Source: Frankiaceae bacterium
GTDB taxonomy: Bacteria; Actinomycetota; Actinomycetes; BP-191
DNA length: 64,000 nt
Direction: 5' to 3'
Assembly: GCA_035536815.1 (NCBI GenBank)
Contig: DATLNJ010000016.1
Span: 3,970 to 67,969 of the forward strand
The translations under genes and the position numbers were made by a program. Of this stretch, positions 53,894 to 62,771 are shown one piece after another. Positions within the stretch are counted from its first letter, which is position 1, and each line of letters starts with the position of its first letter. A model generated the notes under the pieces. That model saw nothing but the letters and a program-made list of their open reading frames with translations, did not search any database and had not been told where the DNA came from.

Positions 53894-55300
53894 GTGGCTC
53901 GCCTGCCGTCGTTGATGCCGTTGACGTCGTCGATGTTCCTGCTCCCGGAGTCGCGGGACCAGCCGATGCACGTGGGCGGGCTGCAGCTGTTCGAGCCGCC
54001 GGAGGGCGCGGGGCCGGACTACCTCACCCAGCTCTACCGCGAGGCGGTGAGCACGCCGCCGGACCAGGTCGGCCCGCTGTTCCGCCGCCGGCCGCACCGC
54101 GGCTGGGGCACGCTCGGCCAGTGGGGGTGGCTGGACGACGGCGACATCGACCTCGAGCACCACATCCGGCACTCCGCGCTGCCCTCGCCGGGCCGGGTCC
54201 GCGAGTTGCTCGCGCTGGTCTCTCGCCTGCACGGCACGCTGCTCGACCGGCACCGCCCGCTCTGGGAGACGCACCTCATCGAGGGGCTGGCGGACGGCCG
54301 GTTCGCCGTCTACGCCAAGATCCACCACGCCGTGATGGACGGCGTCTCCGCACTGCGGCTCACCGAACGCAGCCTCTCCCGCGACCCCGACTCGCGCGAC
54401 GAGCCGATGCCGTTCGCGCGGCAGCCGCGGCACCGCCGCGAGCCCGACGAGACCAACCTGCTCGACAGCCTCACGAACGCCGCCGGCACCGTCGGCAGCG
54501 CGCTCACCGACGTGGTCGGGCTGACGCCACGGCTGGTGTCCATCGCGGTCAGCGCGCTGCGCGACCAGGCGTCGGCGACGCTGCCCGGCCAGGCGCCGCG
54601 GTCGATGCTCAACGTCCCCATCACCGGCAGCCGCCGGTTCGCGGCCGACGCGTGGGAGCTGGCGCGCATCCGCGCGGTCGGCAAGAAGTCCGGGTGCACG
54701 ATCAACGACGTCATCCTCGCGATGTGCGCGCACGCGCTGCGTGACTACCTCATCGAGCAGGACGCGCTGCCGGACGCGGCGCTGGTCGCGATGACGCCGG
54801 TGTCGTTGCGCACCGACGACGACGACGATGACGACGGCGAGGCCGGCAACGCCGTCGGCGCGATCCTCGTCAGCCTCGGCACCGAGATCCCCGACCCGGA
54901 GGCGCGGCTGCTGGCGATCCGCGCGTCGAGCCGGCAGGCGAAGGCGGCGCTGTCGGGGCTGTCGCAGCTGCAGGTGACGGCGTTGTCGGCGGCGGTCATG
55001 TCGCCGCTGCTCGTCAACCAGGTGCTCGGCGCGCACAGCGTGCTGCGGCCGGCGTTCAACCTGATCATCTCGAACGTCCCAGGCCCGCAGCACCCGCTCT
55101 ACTGGAACGGCGCGCGGCTGGACGGCATGTACCCGCTGTCGATCCCGTTCGCCGGCCAGGCGCTCAACGTCACCATCACCTCGTACAACGGCCGGGCGCA
55201 CTTCGGCCTCACCGGCGACCGGCGCGCGCTGCCGCACCTGCAACGGCTGCTCAACGGCATCGAGGAAGGGCTGGCGGCGCTCGAGAAGGCGTTCGCGTAG
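53894..55300 (+). CDS. wax ester synthase / acyl-CoA:diacylglycerol acyltransferase (WS/DGAT)
   Basis: GTG at 53894 after GGAGAGGA (alternative ATG at 53915). The catalytic motif is HHAVMDG, with N-terminal MFLLPESRDQPMHVGGLQLF and C-terminal NVPGP...PL. Confidence 0.9.
   Translation: MARLPSLMPLTSSMFLLPESRDQPMHVGGLQLFEPPEGAGPDYLTQLYREAVSTPPDQVGPLFRRRPHRGWGTLGQWGWLDDGDIDLEHHIRHSALPSPGRVRELLALVSRLHGTLLDRHRPLWETHLIEGLADGRFAVYAKIHHAVMDGVSALRLTERSLSRDPDSRDEPMPFARQPRHRREPDETNLLDSLTNAAGTVGSALTDVVGLTPRLVSIAVSALRDQASATLPGQAPRSMLNVPITGSRRFAADAWELARIRAVGKKSGCTINDVILAMCAHALRDYLIEQDALPDAALVAMTPVSLRTDDDDDDDGEAGNAVGAILVSLGTEIPDPEARLLAIRASSRQAKAALSGLSQLQVTALSAAVMSPLLVNQVLGAHSVLRPAFNLIISNVPGPQHPLYWNGARLDGMYPLSIPFAGQALNVTITSYNGRAHFGLTGDRRALPHLQRLLNGIEEGLAALEKAFA
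54815..54835 (+). repeat. in-frame (GAC)n trinucleotide run encoding Asp7
   Basis: gacgacgacgacgatgacgac, read directly from the sequence and in frame within the WS/DGAT gene. Confidence 0.9.
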
Positions 55301-56520
55301 TGCCGCGACGCCAGACCCTGGTCGAGGCGGTCCGCCGCCGGGCCGCGACCGATCGCGCCGACGCCCTGGCTGACGTGGACGCGGTGGTGGTGTTCGACGA
55401 CGGAACGGCGCGGGTGGCGTTGCGGCTCACCCACGGCGCGGTCGCGGTGGCCGACGAGGAGGTACGGCCGACGACGTCGATCACGGCCGACCCGGCGACG
55501 TTGCTCGACGTCATCGAGGGGCGGGAGAGCGGCGTCGCGGCGTTCCTCGACGGGCGGCTGCGGGTGGACGGCGACCTGTCGCTGTCGCTGCGGCTGGACG
55601 GCCTGTTCGCGGCGGCCGACCGGTCCGCGCGGTTCACCCGGTCGGCGATGGTGATGGCCGGGCGGATACGCACGTTCCACATCGAGGCGGGGCCGGCCGA
55701 CGCGCCCGCGGTGGTGATGCTGCACGGGCTCGGCGCGACCAACGCGTCGTTGCTCCCGACGCTCTGGGACCTCTCGACGGGGTACCGCGTCCTCGCGCCG
55801 GACCTGCCCGGGCACGGCTCGTCGGCGGCGCCGTACGGCGCGTACGACGCCCGCTTCTTCGCCCGCTGGCTGCGCGACTACCTCGACGCCGTGGGCGTGC
55901 CGTCGTGCGTGCTGCTCGGCAACTCGCTCGGCGGGCGGGTGGCGCTGGAGATCGCGCTGCTGGAACCGGACCGGGTGGACGGGCTGGTGCTGCTCGCGCC
56001 GGCGGTGGCGTTCCGGCGGCTGCGGCAGTTCGTCCCGGTCGTGAAGCTGGCCCGCCCGGAGGCGGCGGCGCTGCCGCTGCCGATGACGCGCGGGATGGCG
56101 CGGCTGACGTTGCGGCGGATGTTCGCGCAGCCCGCGCGGCTGACGACGCAGTCGTACGACGCGGCGGCCGGCGAGTTCGTGCGCGTGTACAAGCGGGCGG
56201 CGTACCGGGTGGCGTTCTTCTCGTCGCTGCGGCAGATCTACCTGGACGAGGCGTTCGGCGACGCCGGGTTCTGGTCGCGGCTGCCGTCGTTACGGCCGCC
56301 GGCGCTGTTCGTGTGGGGCGAGCGCGACCGGCTGGTGCCGTCGGGCTTCGCGCGGCACGTCGCGTCCGCGCTGCCGAACGCGCGCTCGGTGATCCTGCGC
56401 GACTGCGGGCACGTGCCGCAGTTCGAGCTGCCGGACCTCACGCACGCCGAGGTGCGGGCGTTCCTCCGAGAGATCTCTGGAACGGGAACGTGGCTGCGTA
56501 CACCCGCGCCCGGCGCATGA
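55300..56520 (+). CDS. SCP2 sterol-carrier-like domain fused to alpha/beta hydrolase
   Basis: The GTG shares 1 nt with the WS/DGAT stop. The N-terminal SCP2-like block is ITADPATLLDVIEGRESGVAAFLDGRLRVDGDLSLSLRL. The hydrolase blocks are MLHGLGA, the nucleophile elbow GNSLGG, and C-terminal DCGHVPQ. Confidence 0.85.
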   Translation: MPRRQTLVEAVRRRAATDRADALADVDAVVVFDDGTARVALRLTHGAVAVADEEVRPTTSITADPATLLDVIEGRESGVAAFLDGRLRVDGDLSLSLRLDGLFAAADRSARFTRSAMVMAGRIRTFHIEAGPADAPAVVMLHGLGATNASLLPTLWDLSTGYRVLAPDLPGHGSSAAPYGAYDARFFARWLRDYLDAVGVPSCVLLGNSLGGRVALEIALLEPDRVDGLVLLAPAVAFRRLRQFVPVVKLARPEAAALPLPMTRGMARLTLRRMFAQPARLTTQSYDAAAGEFVRVYKRAAYRVAFFSSLRQIYLDEAFGDAGFWSRLPSLRPPALFVWGERDRLVPSGFARHVASALPNARSVILRDCGHVPQFELPDLTHAEVRAFLREISGTGTWLRTPAPGA

Positions 56521-57262
56521 CGTCGCGGTCGGCCCGCGCGGTCGCCGCGGCGACCGTCTCCGCGAGGTCCCAGCCGTAGCCGTCGGCGAGCGAGGCGAGG
56601 TCGTACGCCGGGTCGCCGAGGTGCACCTGGCTCCAGCCGAGGACGCCGGTGAGGCGGGTGTCGTCGGCGTCCCAGCGCAGGGCGCGGTCGTTGAGGTCGC
56701 CGTGCACGAGGACGGGGTCCGGCTTGTCGAGTGCCTTGACGTCGGCGAACGCCGTGGCGGCCGCGGGACCCGCGGCGGCCGCGAGGGTGTCCCAGTCGTC
56801 GTAGAGCGGCGCGCTGGTGAGCGGCAGGCCGGTTGCCGGGGTCGCGGCGAGCGCGTCGAGGAGCCGGGCCAGCTCGACCGCGAACCGGTACGCCATCGGC
56901 CCCACCGCGTCGACCGACGCGCGCGGCAGCGGGTCGCCGCCGAGGTAGCGCTGCGCGACGAACGCCCGGCCGAGCGGGTTCTGCAAGGAGTCCACGAGGA
57001 CGTTGGGGAGGACGTCGTCGACGCGGCCGGCTTCGTTCAGCGCGGTCAGCGCGGCGACCTCGCGTGGGAGCGCGTCGAGCGCGGCGTGGTTCCGGGGAAA
57101 GCGGAAGACCGCGGTGGTTCCGACGACGACCGCGTCGGTGTCGCGGCCCTCGACGAGCCGTACCGGCTCGCGGCCGAACGAGCCCTCCCACGCCGTGGCC
57201 ACGACGCCGACGTAGTGGGACAGGCGCTCCGTCTCCCGCGTCTCCCGCACGACGTGCATCAT
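56438..57262 (-). CDS. aminoglycoside/choline-kinase-type phosphotransferase (APH family)
   Basis: ATG at 57262. The catalytic loop block is VLVHGDLNDRALRWD and is followed by GVLGWSQVHLGDPAYD. The 3' end overlaps the convergent hydrolase gene. Confidence 0.8.
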   Translation of the reverse strand: MMHVVRETRETERLSHYVGVVATAWEGSFGREPVRLVEGRDTDAVVVGTTAVFRFPRNHAALDALPREVAALTALNEAGRVDDVLPNVLVDSLQNPLGRAFVAQRYLGGDPLPRASVDAVGPMAYRFAVELARLLDALAATPATGLPLTSAPLYDDWDTLAAAAGPAAATAFADVKALDKPDPVLVHGDLNDRALRWDADDTRLTGVLGWSQVHLGDPAYDLASLADGYGWDLAETVAAATARADRDVMRRARVYAATFPFQRSLGGTPAPRRA

Positions 57263-57270
57263 GTCGGATC

Positions 57271-57843
57271 GTGCTGCCCGAGCCGCGCAACCCGGACGCC
57301 GCGGCAGCGGCGCGTCTCGCGCGTTCCGTGCTGGCGCGGTCCGGCCCTTCGGCGCCGGCGCTCGCGTCGGTCGGCCTGCTGGACGAGTCGTTACCGGACG
57401 TCGTCCGGGTCGAGGTGCTGCGCGAGTGCGGGTCGGGTGCCGGTTGTGCGTTTGGTCTCTCGGTCGCGGACGACGACCTCGGGCGGGCGGCGGTCCTCTG
57501 CGGCGCGGGGGAGGCGGCGGCCGTGACCGGGATGGCGTACGCGCGGGAGCGGGTCGTGTTCGGCCGGCCGCTGGCGACGATGGCGGTGCAGCGCTACGCG
57601 TTCGCCTCCGTCGCGGGCGGGCTGGAGGCGGCGTTGGCGCTGGTGCGGCGGGTTGCGGCGTCCGGGGCCGGCGGCGGGTCGCTGGACGCGGCGGCGGTGC
57701 TGCCCGTGGCGCTGGACGCTGCGTGGGCGGCGGTCGAGGCGGCGTTGCAGGTGCACGGCGGCTACGGCTACACCGACGAGTACCCGGTCTCGCGGATGTG
57801 GCGCGAGGTGGCGGCGGCGCGGGCGGCGTTGGGCGGCGTGTAA
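57271..57843 (+). CDS. acyl-CoA dehydrogenase C-terminal-domain-only protein
   Basis: GTG at 57271. Blocks are AVTGMAYARERVVFGRPLATMAVQRYAFA...ALQVHGGYGYTDEYPVSRMWRE. It lacks the N-terminal and middle ACAD domains. Confidence 0.6.
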   Translation: MLPEPRNPDAAAAARLARSVLARSGPSAPALASVGLLDESLPDVVRVEVLRECGSGAGCAFGLSVADDDLGRAAVLCGAGEAAAVTGMAYARERVVFGRPLATMAVQRYAFASVAGGLEAALALVRRVAASGAGGGSLDAAAVLPVALDAAWAAVEAALQVHGGYGYTDEYPVSRMWREVAAARAALGGV

Positions 57844-57874
57844 CGCCCTCGCCGTCGCGCGCGATGTCAGGGGC

Positions 57875-59212
57875 ATGACGCGACGACTCGCCGTACTGCT
57901 GCTCGTGCTCGTGGCCGCGCTGTCCCTGCCGGTGCCCGCGTTCGCGGCCACCGTGACCGTGACGATCGGCGGCTCGCTGTCGCCGAAGTCGTTGACGGTG
58001 GTGCCGGGCACGACCGTGACCTGGCGCAACGCCGACGACGAACGCCACCGCCCGCGCTCGACCAGCGGCCCGGCGGAGTTCGACGCGGACGACCTGGAGC
58101 CGGGGGAGTCGTGGTCGTTCACGTTCCGGGTCGCGGGGACGTACCGCTACGTCGACCACCGCGACGAGGACGTGTCGGCGTACTGGGGGACCGTGACGGT
58201 GTCGTCCGGCTCGTCCGGCGGGTCGTCGGGCGGCGGCGGTACTGGTGGGGGCGGAACTGGTGGTGGCGGCGGGGGCGGGGGCGCGACGGCGCCGGGCAGC
58301 GCCACCGTGACCATGGCCGGGCGCACGTTCTCCCCGTCGTCAGTGCGGGTGAGCCCGGGCGGGACGGTGACGTTCGTGAACGACGACGACCGCGAGCACA
58401 CGGCCACCGCGCGGGACGGGTCGTTCGACTCCGGCGTGCTGAACGCCGGCGGCCGCTGGTCGCGTCGCTTCCCCTCGGCGGGGACGTTCGGCTACTTCTG
58501 CGCGATCCACCCGGACATGACCGGCACGGTGACCGTGCCGTCCGCGAACGGCTCCGTGCCGCCGCCCGCGCCGGCCCGCGGCTCGACTGCACGCCCCGGC
58601 GGGAGCGGCGGGGGTGGCGCCGCGCCCGCGCCGTCGCCCCCGCCCGTCCGCGTGCCGGGGAAGCCGAGCACCGTGCGCGTCAACGTCGTCGACTTCGCGT
58701 ACAGCCCGGCGCGCGCGTCCGCGCGGGTCGGCGACACCGTCGTCTGGACCAACGTCGGCCAGGCGCCGCACACCGTGACGCCGTCCGGCGGCGGGTTCGG
58801 GACGTCGATGCTCGCGGCGGGGGCGGCGTACCGGTGGGTGCCGGCGCGCACCGGCACGTTCTCGTACGTCTGCGCCTTCCACCCGCAGATGACCGGGACG
58901 CTGACCGTGCTGCCGAAGTCGGCCGCCCCACCGCGCAACGGCACCGCCACGGCGCCGCGTGTCCGACCGGATTCGTCGCCGTCGGCTTCGCCGTCCGGTC
59001 CGCCGCCGCCCGCGCTGGCGCCGGCGGGGTCGGCCGGGCCCGAGCCGAGCCCCTCGGGGGCGGGCGGTGGCGACCCGCGGGCGCGGTCGTTGCGGCCGGT
59101 CTCGTCGGGGAGCCCGCTCGTCGTGTGGACGGTGTGGGGTGCGCTGGCGCTGGTGGCGTTCCTCGCGCTGGCCTGGTGGCGCGGCCGCGAGGTGCCGGAG
59201 GCGGCTGCGTGA
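57875..59212 (+). CDS. secreted triple-cupredoxin protein with C-terminal TM anchor
   Basis: ATG at 57875 with signal peptide MTRRLAVLLLVLVAALSLPVPAFA. There are three plastocyanin-like modules. Modules 2 and 3 carry type-1 Cu ligands (EHTAT...FCAIHPDM; PHTVT...VCAFHPQM). Module 1 lacks the Cys. Confidence 0.85.
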   Translation: MTRRLAVLLLVLVAALSLPVPAFAATVTVTIGGSLSPKSLTVVPGTTVTWRNADDERHRPRSTSGPAEFDADDLEPGESWSFTFRVAGTYRYVDHRDEDVSAYWGTVTVSSGSSGGSSGGGGTGGGGTGGGGGGGGATAPGSATVTMAGRTFSPSSVRVSPGGTVTFVNDDDREHTATARDGSFDSGVLNAGGRWSRRFPSAGTFGYFCAIHPDMTGTVTVPSANGSVPPPAPARGSTARPGGSGGGGAAPAPSPPPVRVPGKPSTVRVNVVDFAYSPARASARVGDTVVWTNVGQAPHTVTPSGGGFGTSMLAAGAAYRWVPARTGTFSYVCAFHPQMTGTLTVLPKSAAPPRNGTATAPRVRPDSSPSASPSGPPPPALAPAGSAGPEPSPSGAGGGDPRARSLRPVSSGSPLVVWTVWGALALVAFLALAWWRGREVPEAAA

Positions 59213-59310
59213 GGCCGGGCGCGGCCGTCGCCGGTCCGGTCCGGCCGGGCCGCCCCGACGTCGTCGCGCGGCCGGGCCCTGCCGACGGAGCCGCCCGGTA
59301 GGCTCGCCGC

Positions 59311-59556
59311 GTGCCCGTCGCGCCGCCCACGCCCGAGACCCGCTGGCGATGCGCCGCCTGCGGGAACCTCACCCGCTTCGACGTCGTCCGCGCCCGCCGG
59401 CTGCGTGAGTTCGTGCACGCCGACCTGGCTGGCGAGCCGGTGGTCGAGGAGTCCGAGACGCTGTCCGACGTGGTCGAGCACGTCACCTGCCGGTGGTGCG
59501 GCGCCGTCGACCAGGTCGAGCTGGTGCCGCGCCCGGACACCGCGCCCGCGTCGTGA
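59311..59556 (+). CDS. small zinc-ribbon protein (CxxC...CxxC)
   Basis: 81 aa: ...RWRCAACGNLTRFDV...HVTCRWCGAVD.... Confidence 0.6.
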   Translation: MPVAPPTPETRWRCAACGNLTRFDVVRARRLREFVHADLAGEPVVEESETLSDVVEHVTCRWCGAVDQVELVPRPDTAPAS

Positions 59557-59563
59557 CGGCGCC

Positions 59564-60745
59564 ATGACGTCGTTGCCACTCGCCGGGCTCACGGTCCTCG
59601 ACCTGTCCCGGCTGCTGCCCGGCGGCTACGCCACCCTGCTGCTCGCCGACCTCGGCGCCGACGTGCTCAAGGTCGAGGAGCCCGGCAAGGGCGACTACCT
59701 GCGCTGGATGCCGCCGTACGCCGCCACCGGCGAGGGCGGCATGCACCTTGCGCTCAACCGCGGCAAGCGGTCGATGACCCTCCACCTCAAATTGTCACAG
59801 GGCCGTGCTGTGCTCAGGGAGCTCGTCCGGGAGGCGGACGTGCTCGTCGAGTCGTTCCGGCCCGGGGTCATGGACCGGCTCGGCGTGGGATGGGAGGTGC
59901 TATCGAAGGACAACCCGCGGCTGATCTACGCCGCCATCTCTGGTTACGGCGCGGACGGTCCGTACGCCGATCGCGCCGGGCACGACATCAACTACCTCGG
60001 GTACGCCGGCGCGCTGTCGTTCAGCGGCCACCCCGACACCGGTCCGTGGCAGCCGGGGCTGCAGATCGGTGACCTCGGCGGTGGCGCGCTGATGGCGGCC
60101 GTCGGGGTCCTCACCGCGTTGCACGCGCGGGAGCGGACCGGGTTGGGGCAGTACTGCGACGTGTCGATGACCGACGGCGTGCTGTCGTGGCTGACGCTCG
60201 CGGCGGGAGCGTTCGCGGCGACCGGCGGGCCACCACAGGTCGGCGCGGAGGTCCTGAACGGCGGTTACGCCTGCTACGGCGTCTACCGCTGCGCCGACGA
60301 CCGGTACGTCACTGTCGGCGCGCTCGAGCCGCAGTTCTTCGCCGCGCTGTGCGCCGCGCTCGGCCTGGACGAGCTGGTGCCGTGGCACCTCGACCCGGCG
60401 CGCCAGCGCGAGCTGCGCGACCGGCTCGCGGCGGTGTTCGCGACGCGGACGCGCGACGAGTGGCTCGCCCTGCTGGTGCCGGCCGACTGCTGCGTGGGGC
60501 CGGTCAACGACGTCGCAGAGGCGTTCGCCGACGCGCAGGTGCGCGCCCGCGGCATGGTGGCCGAGCAGCGGCTCGCCGACGGCACGCCGTTCCCGCAGGT
60601 CGGCGTGGTGCCGCGGCTGTCCGCCACGCCCGGCCGCGTCGGTGGCGTCGCGTCCGCGCTCGGCGCCGACACCGACGACGTGCTGACCGCGCTCGGCTAC
60701 GACGCCGGCACGGTTGCTGAGCTGCGCGCCGCGGGGGCGGTGTGA
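59564..60745 (+). CDS. family III CoA-transferase (CaiB/BaiF; alpha-methylacyl-CoA racemase-like)
   Basis: ATG at 59564. Blocks are LAGLTVLDLSRLLPGGYATLLLADLGADVLKVE, ESFRPGVMDRLG and GHDINYL...GD.GGG. Confidence 0.9.
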   Translation: MTSLPLAGLTVLDLSRLLPGGYATLLLADLGADVLKVEEPGKGDYLRWMPPYAATGEGGMHLALNRGKRSMTLHLKLSQGRAVLRELVREADVLVESFRPGVMDRLGVGWEVLSKDNPRLIYAAISGYGADGPYADRAGHDINYLGYAGALSFSGHPDTGPWQPGLQIGDLGGGALMAAVGVLTALHARERTGLGQYCDVSMTDGVLSWLTLAAGAFAATGGPPQVGAEVLNGGYACYGVYRCADDRYVTVGALEPQFFAALCAALGLDELVPWHLDPARQRELRDRLAAVFATRTRDEWLALLVPADCCVGPVNDVAEAFADAQVRARGMVAEQRLADGTPFPQVGVVPRLSATPGRVGGVASALGADTDDVLTALGYDAGTVAELRAAGAV

Positions 60746-62037
60746 GCGACGGCGTCGGGCTGCCCGAGGCGGCGCGCCAGCGCGTCCTCGGCTACGCCTC
60801 CACGGCGCTCGGCGCGCTGGAGCCCGCTGACGTGCCGCCCGCGCTCAAGCGGTTCGCGTCGTTCACCCCGGCGAAGCGCGCCCGCCTCGCCGGCCCGGCG
60901 CTCGCGTCGGTCATCGAGGCGATGCCGGCGTTCCGGCAGGCGGTCGCGACGGTGGCGCGGCTGGCGCACCCGGAGCTGGCCGCGTCGGTCGACGCGGGCA
61001 CGGCGCCCGCCGCCGCCGACCCGGCCGAGGTCGCCGCGCTCGCGTACCTGGTCCGCCCCGACGGCTGGGAGGGCCTGGTGGCGGCCGCGGCGGATCGGCT
61101 CACCGACCGCGCCGCCGAGGCGCGCGCCGAGGAGGGCGCCGCCGAGGCGGACCGCCTGCGCGCCGAGGCCACCGAGGCGCGCCGCGCCGCGCGCGAGGAG
61201 CAGGAGCGGCTGCGGGCCGAGGGGGCGGCGGTGAAGGGCGAGCTCGACGCCGCACGGCGTGCCGCGCGGCAGGCAGCCGACGCCACGCGCCGTGCCGAGG
61301 CCGCCGCCGCCGCGGCGACCGCCGAGCTCGACGCCGTGCGCGACGCCGCCGCCCGGGACGCCGCGACCGCTGACACCGCTGCGCGCCGCGCCCGGACCCG
61401 CATCGCCGAGCTCGAGTCGCAGCTGGAGGCCGCGCGGCGGGCCGGGCGGGAGGGGCGTTCCGAGGACAACATCCGGCTGCGCGTCCTGCTCGACGCCGTC
61501 GTGAACGCCGCCGCCGGCCTCCGCCGCGAGCTCGCGCTGCCGCCGACGACCGACCGGCCGGCCGACCTCGTCACCGACGGCGCCGCCGAAGGGTCCGCCA
61601 CGCCCGGCGCCAGGGGCCGCGGGCCGGGTGACGCGAAGTACCTCGACGCGCTGCTCGCCGTTCCCACTGCCCACCTCGTCGTGGACGGCTACAACGTCAC
61701 CAAGACCGGCTACCCCACGCTCTCGCTGGAGGAGCAGCGCACCCGGCTGGTCGCCGCGCTCCGCGCGCTCGCGGCGCGGACCGGCGCCGAGATCACCTGC
61801 GTGTTCGACGGCGCCGCGGTGTCCACGACGGCGCCGGTCGGGTCCCGCCAGGTGCGCGTGCACTTCACCCCGCCCGGGCGGACCGCGGACGAGGCCATCG
61901 CGGCGTTCGTGGCCGCCGAGCCCCCAGGGCGCCCGGTCGTCGTCGTGTCGTCCGACAAGGAGGTCGCCGACGCCGCCCGACGCGCCGACGCGACCGCCGT
62001 TCCGGCCACGACGCTGCTCACGCTGCTCGGCCGCTGA
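60742..62037 (+). CDS. NYN/YacP-like ribonuclease-domain protein with long Ala/Arg/Glu coiled-coil
   Basis: 431 aa with a 4-nt overlap with the upstream gene. The central region is AEARAEE...-type coiled-coil. The C-terminal block is HLVVDGYNV...ITCVFDG...VVSSDKEV. Confidence 0.75.
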   Translation: MSDGVGLPEAARQRVLGYASTALGALEPADVPPALKRFASFTPAKRARLAGPALASVIEAMPAFRQAVATVARLAHPELAASVDAGTAPAAADPAEVAALAYLVRPDGWEGLVAAAADRLTDRAAEARAEEGAAEADRLRAEATEARRAAREEQERLRAEGAAVKGELDAARRAARQAADATRRAEAAAAAATAELDAVRDAAARDAATADTAARRARTRIAELESQLEAARRAGREGRSEDNIRLRVLLDAVVNAAAGLRRELALPPTTDRPADLVTDGAAEGSATPGARGRGPGDAKYLDALLAVPTAHLVVDGYNVTKTGYPTLSLEEQRTRLVAALRALAARTGAEITCVFDGAAVSTTAPVGSRQVRVHFTPPGRTADEAIAAFVAAEPPGRPVVVVSSDKEVADAARRADATAVPATTLLTLLGR

Positions 62038-62118
62038 GGGGCTGTTCGCCCGCCCGTGGAGCGCCGCCCGCCGAAACTTGTCACAGGGGGGTTCTAGCGT
62101 CGTACCCAGACGAACTTC

Positions 62119-62490
62119 GTGGAGGTGCGACCCGTGAACGACTTCCTGCGTGTGCCGCTGCACGTGCTCCCCAGCGAGCCCGGCTGCGTCATCGACTGCG
62201 ACACCTGCACCGTGCGCGGTGACGCCTGCGCGGACTGCGTCGTGAGCGTCATGCTCGGCGGGCCGCCCGACGTCGTGGCGCCGGACGAGCTCGGCGCGCT
62301 CGGCGTCCTCGCCGGGCTCGGGATGGTGCCACCGCTGCAGATGACCCCGCCCGCGCCGCCCGCGGCCGCCGCCCCGCCGCCGCCCGCCGGCCCGTTTGCG
62401 CCGGCCGCGCCTGCCAGGCGGCGCCCCGGGCCGGGCCGACCTCCCGGCGCCGGGTCCCGCGAAGGCGAGGGCGGTGCCCGGCGCGGCTGA
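62119..62490 (+). CDS. hypothetical Cys-rich / Pro-rich protein
   Basis: The ORF contains CVIDCDTCTVRGDACADCVVSVML followed by a Pro/Ala-rich tail. The start may be the internal GTG (VNDFLRV). Confidence 0.55.
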   Translation: MEVRPVNDFLRVPLHVLPSEPGCVIDCDTCTVRGDACADCVVSVMLGGPPDVVAPDELGALGVLAGLGMVPPLQMTPPAPPAAAAPPPPAGPFAPAAPARRRPGPGRPPGAGSREGEGGARRG

Positions 62491-62599
62491 GCCATCAAAA
62501 GCCCGATTGGGTTGATCCCGCCGAACGCCACTCGGTACTCTTTGCCCTGGTTCCGCATGACCTGCCCCCGTCCAGGGAGGCGATGCGGTGCCCCGCCGA

Positions 62600-62755
62600 G
62601 TCCCAGGCTCGCGTCGTTCGACGCGCGTCAGGGAGCCGGGGAACCACGTTCCTCGGGGTGAATCGGGTCCTGGCGCGTCGCCTTCGGCGCGCCCGCCCGT
62701 AGGGCCAGCTTCCGGCCCGAACCCGTCAGCTCACCCGGTAGGCGGTTGGGAAGAA
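62600..62755 (+). ncRNA. ydaO/yuaA-class (c-di-AMP) riboswitch
   Basis: GTCAGGGAGCCGGGGAACCACG...CGGGGTGAATCGGG...CCCGAACCCGTCAGCTCACCCGGTAGGCGG matches the conserved ydaO blocks (GAGC-GGGGA-CCA, GGGGTGAAT, CCCGAA-CCG-CAGCT-ACC-GGTA-GCG). It lies directly upstream of an NlpC/P60 gene. Boundaries are approximate. Confidence 0.8.
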
Positions 62756-62771
62756 GTGGAGTGCCGCCGTC

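Noticed and set aside
52466-55300. 944-aa ORF as one giant protein
   Set aside because: Its 5' two-thirds are out of frame with, and overlap, the acyl-CoA carboxylase beta gene and are shadow-like. The WS/DGAT sequence starts at 53894.
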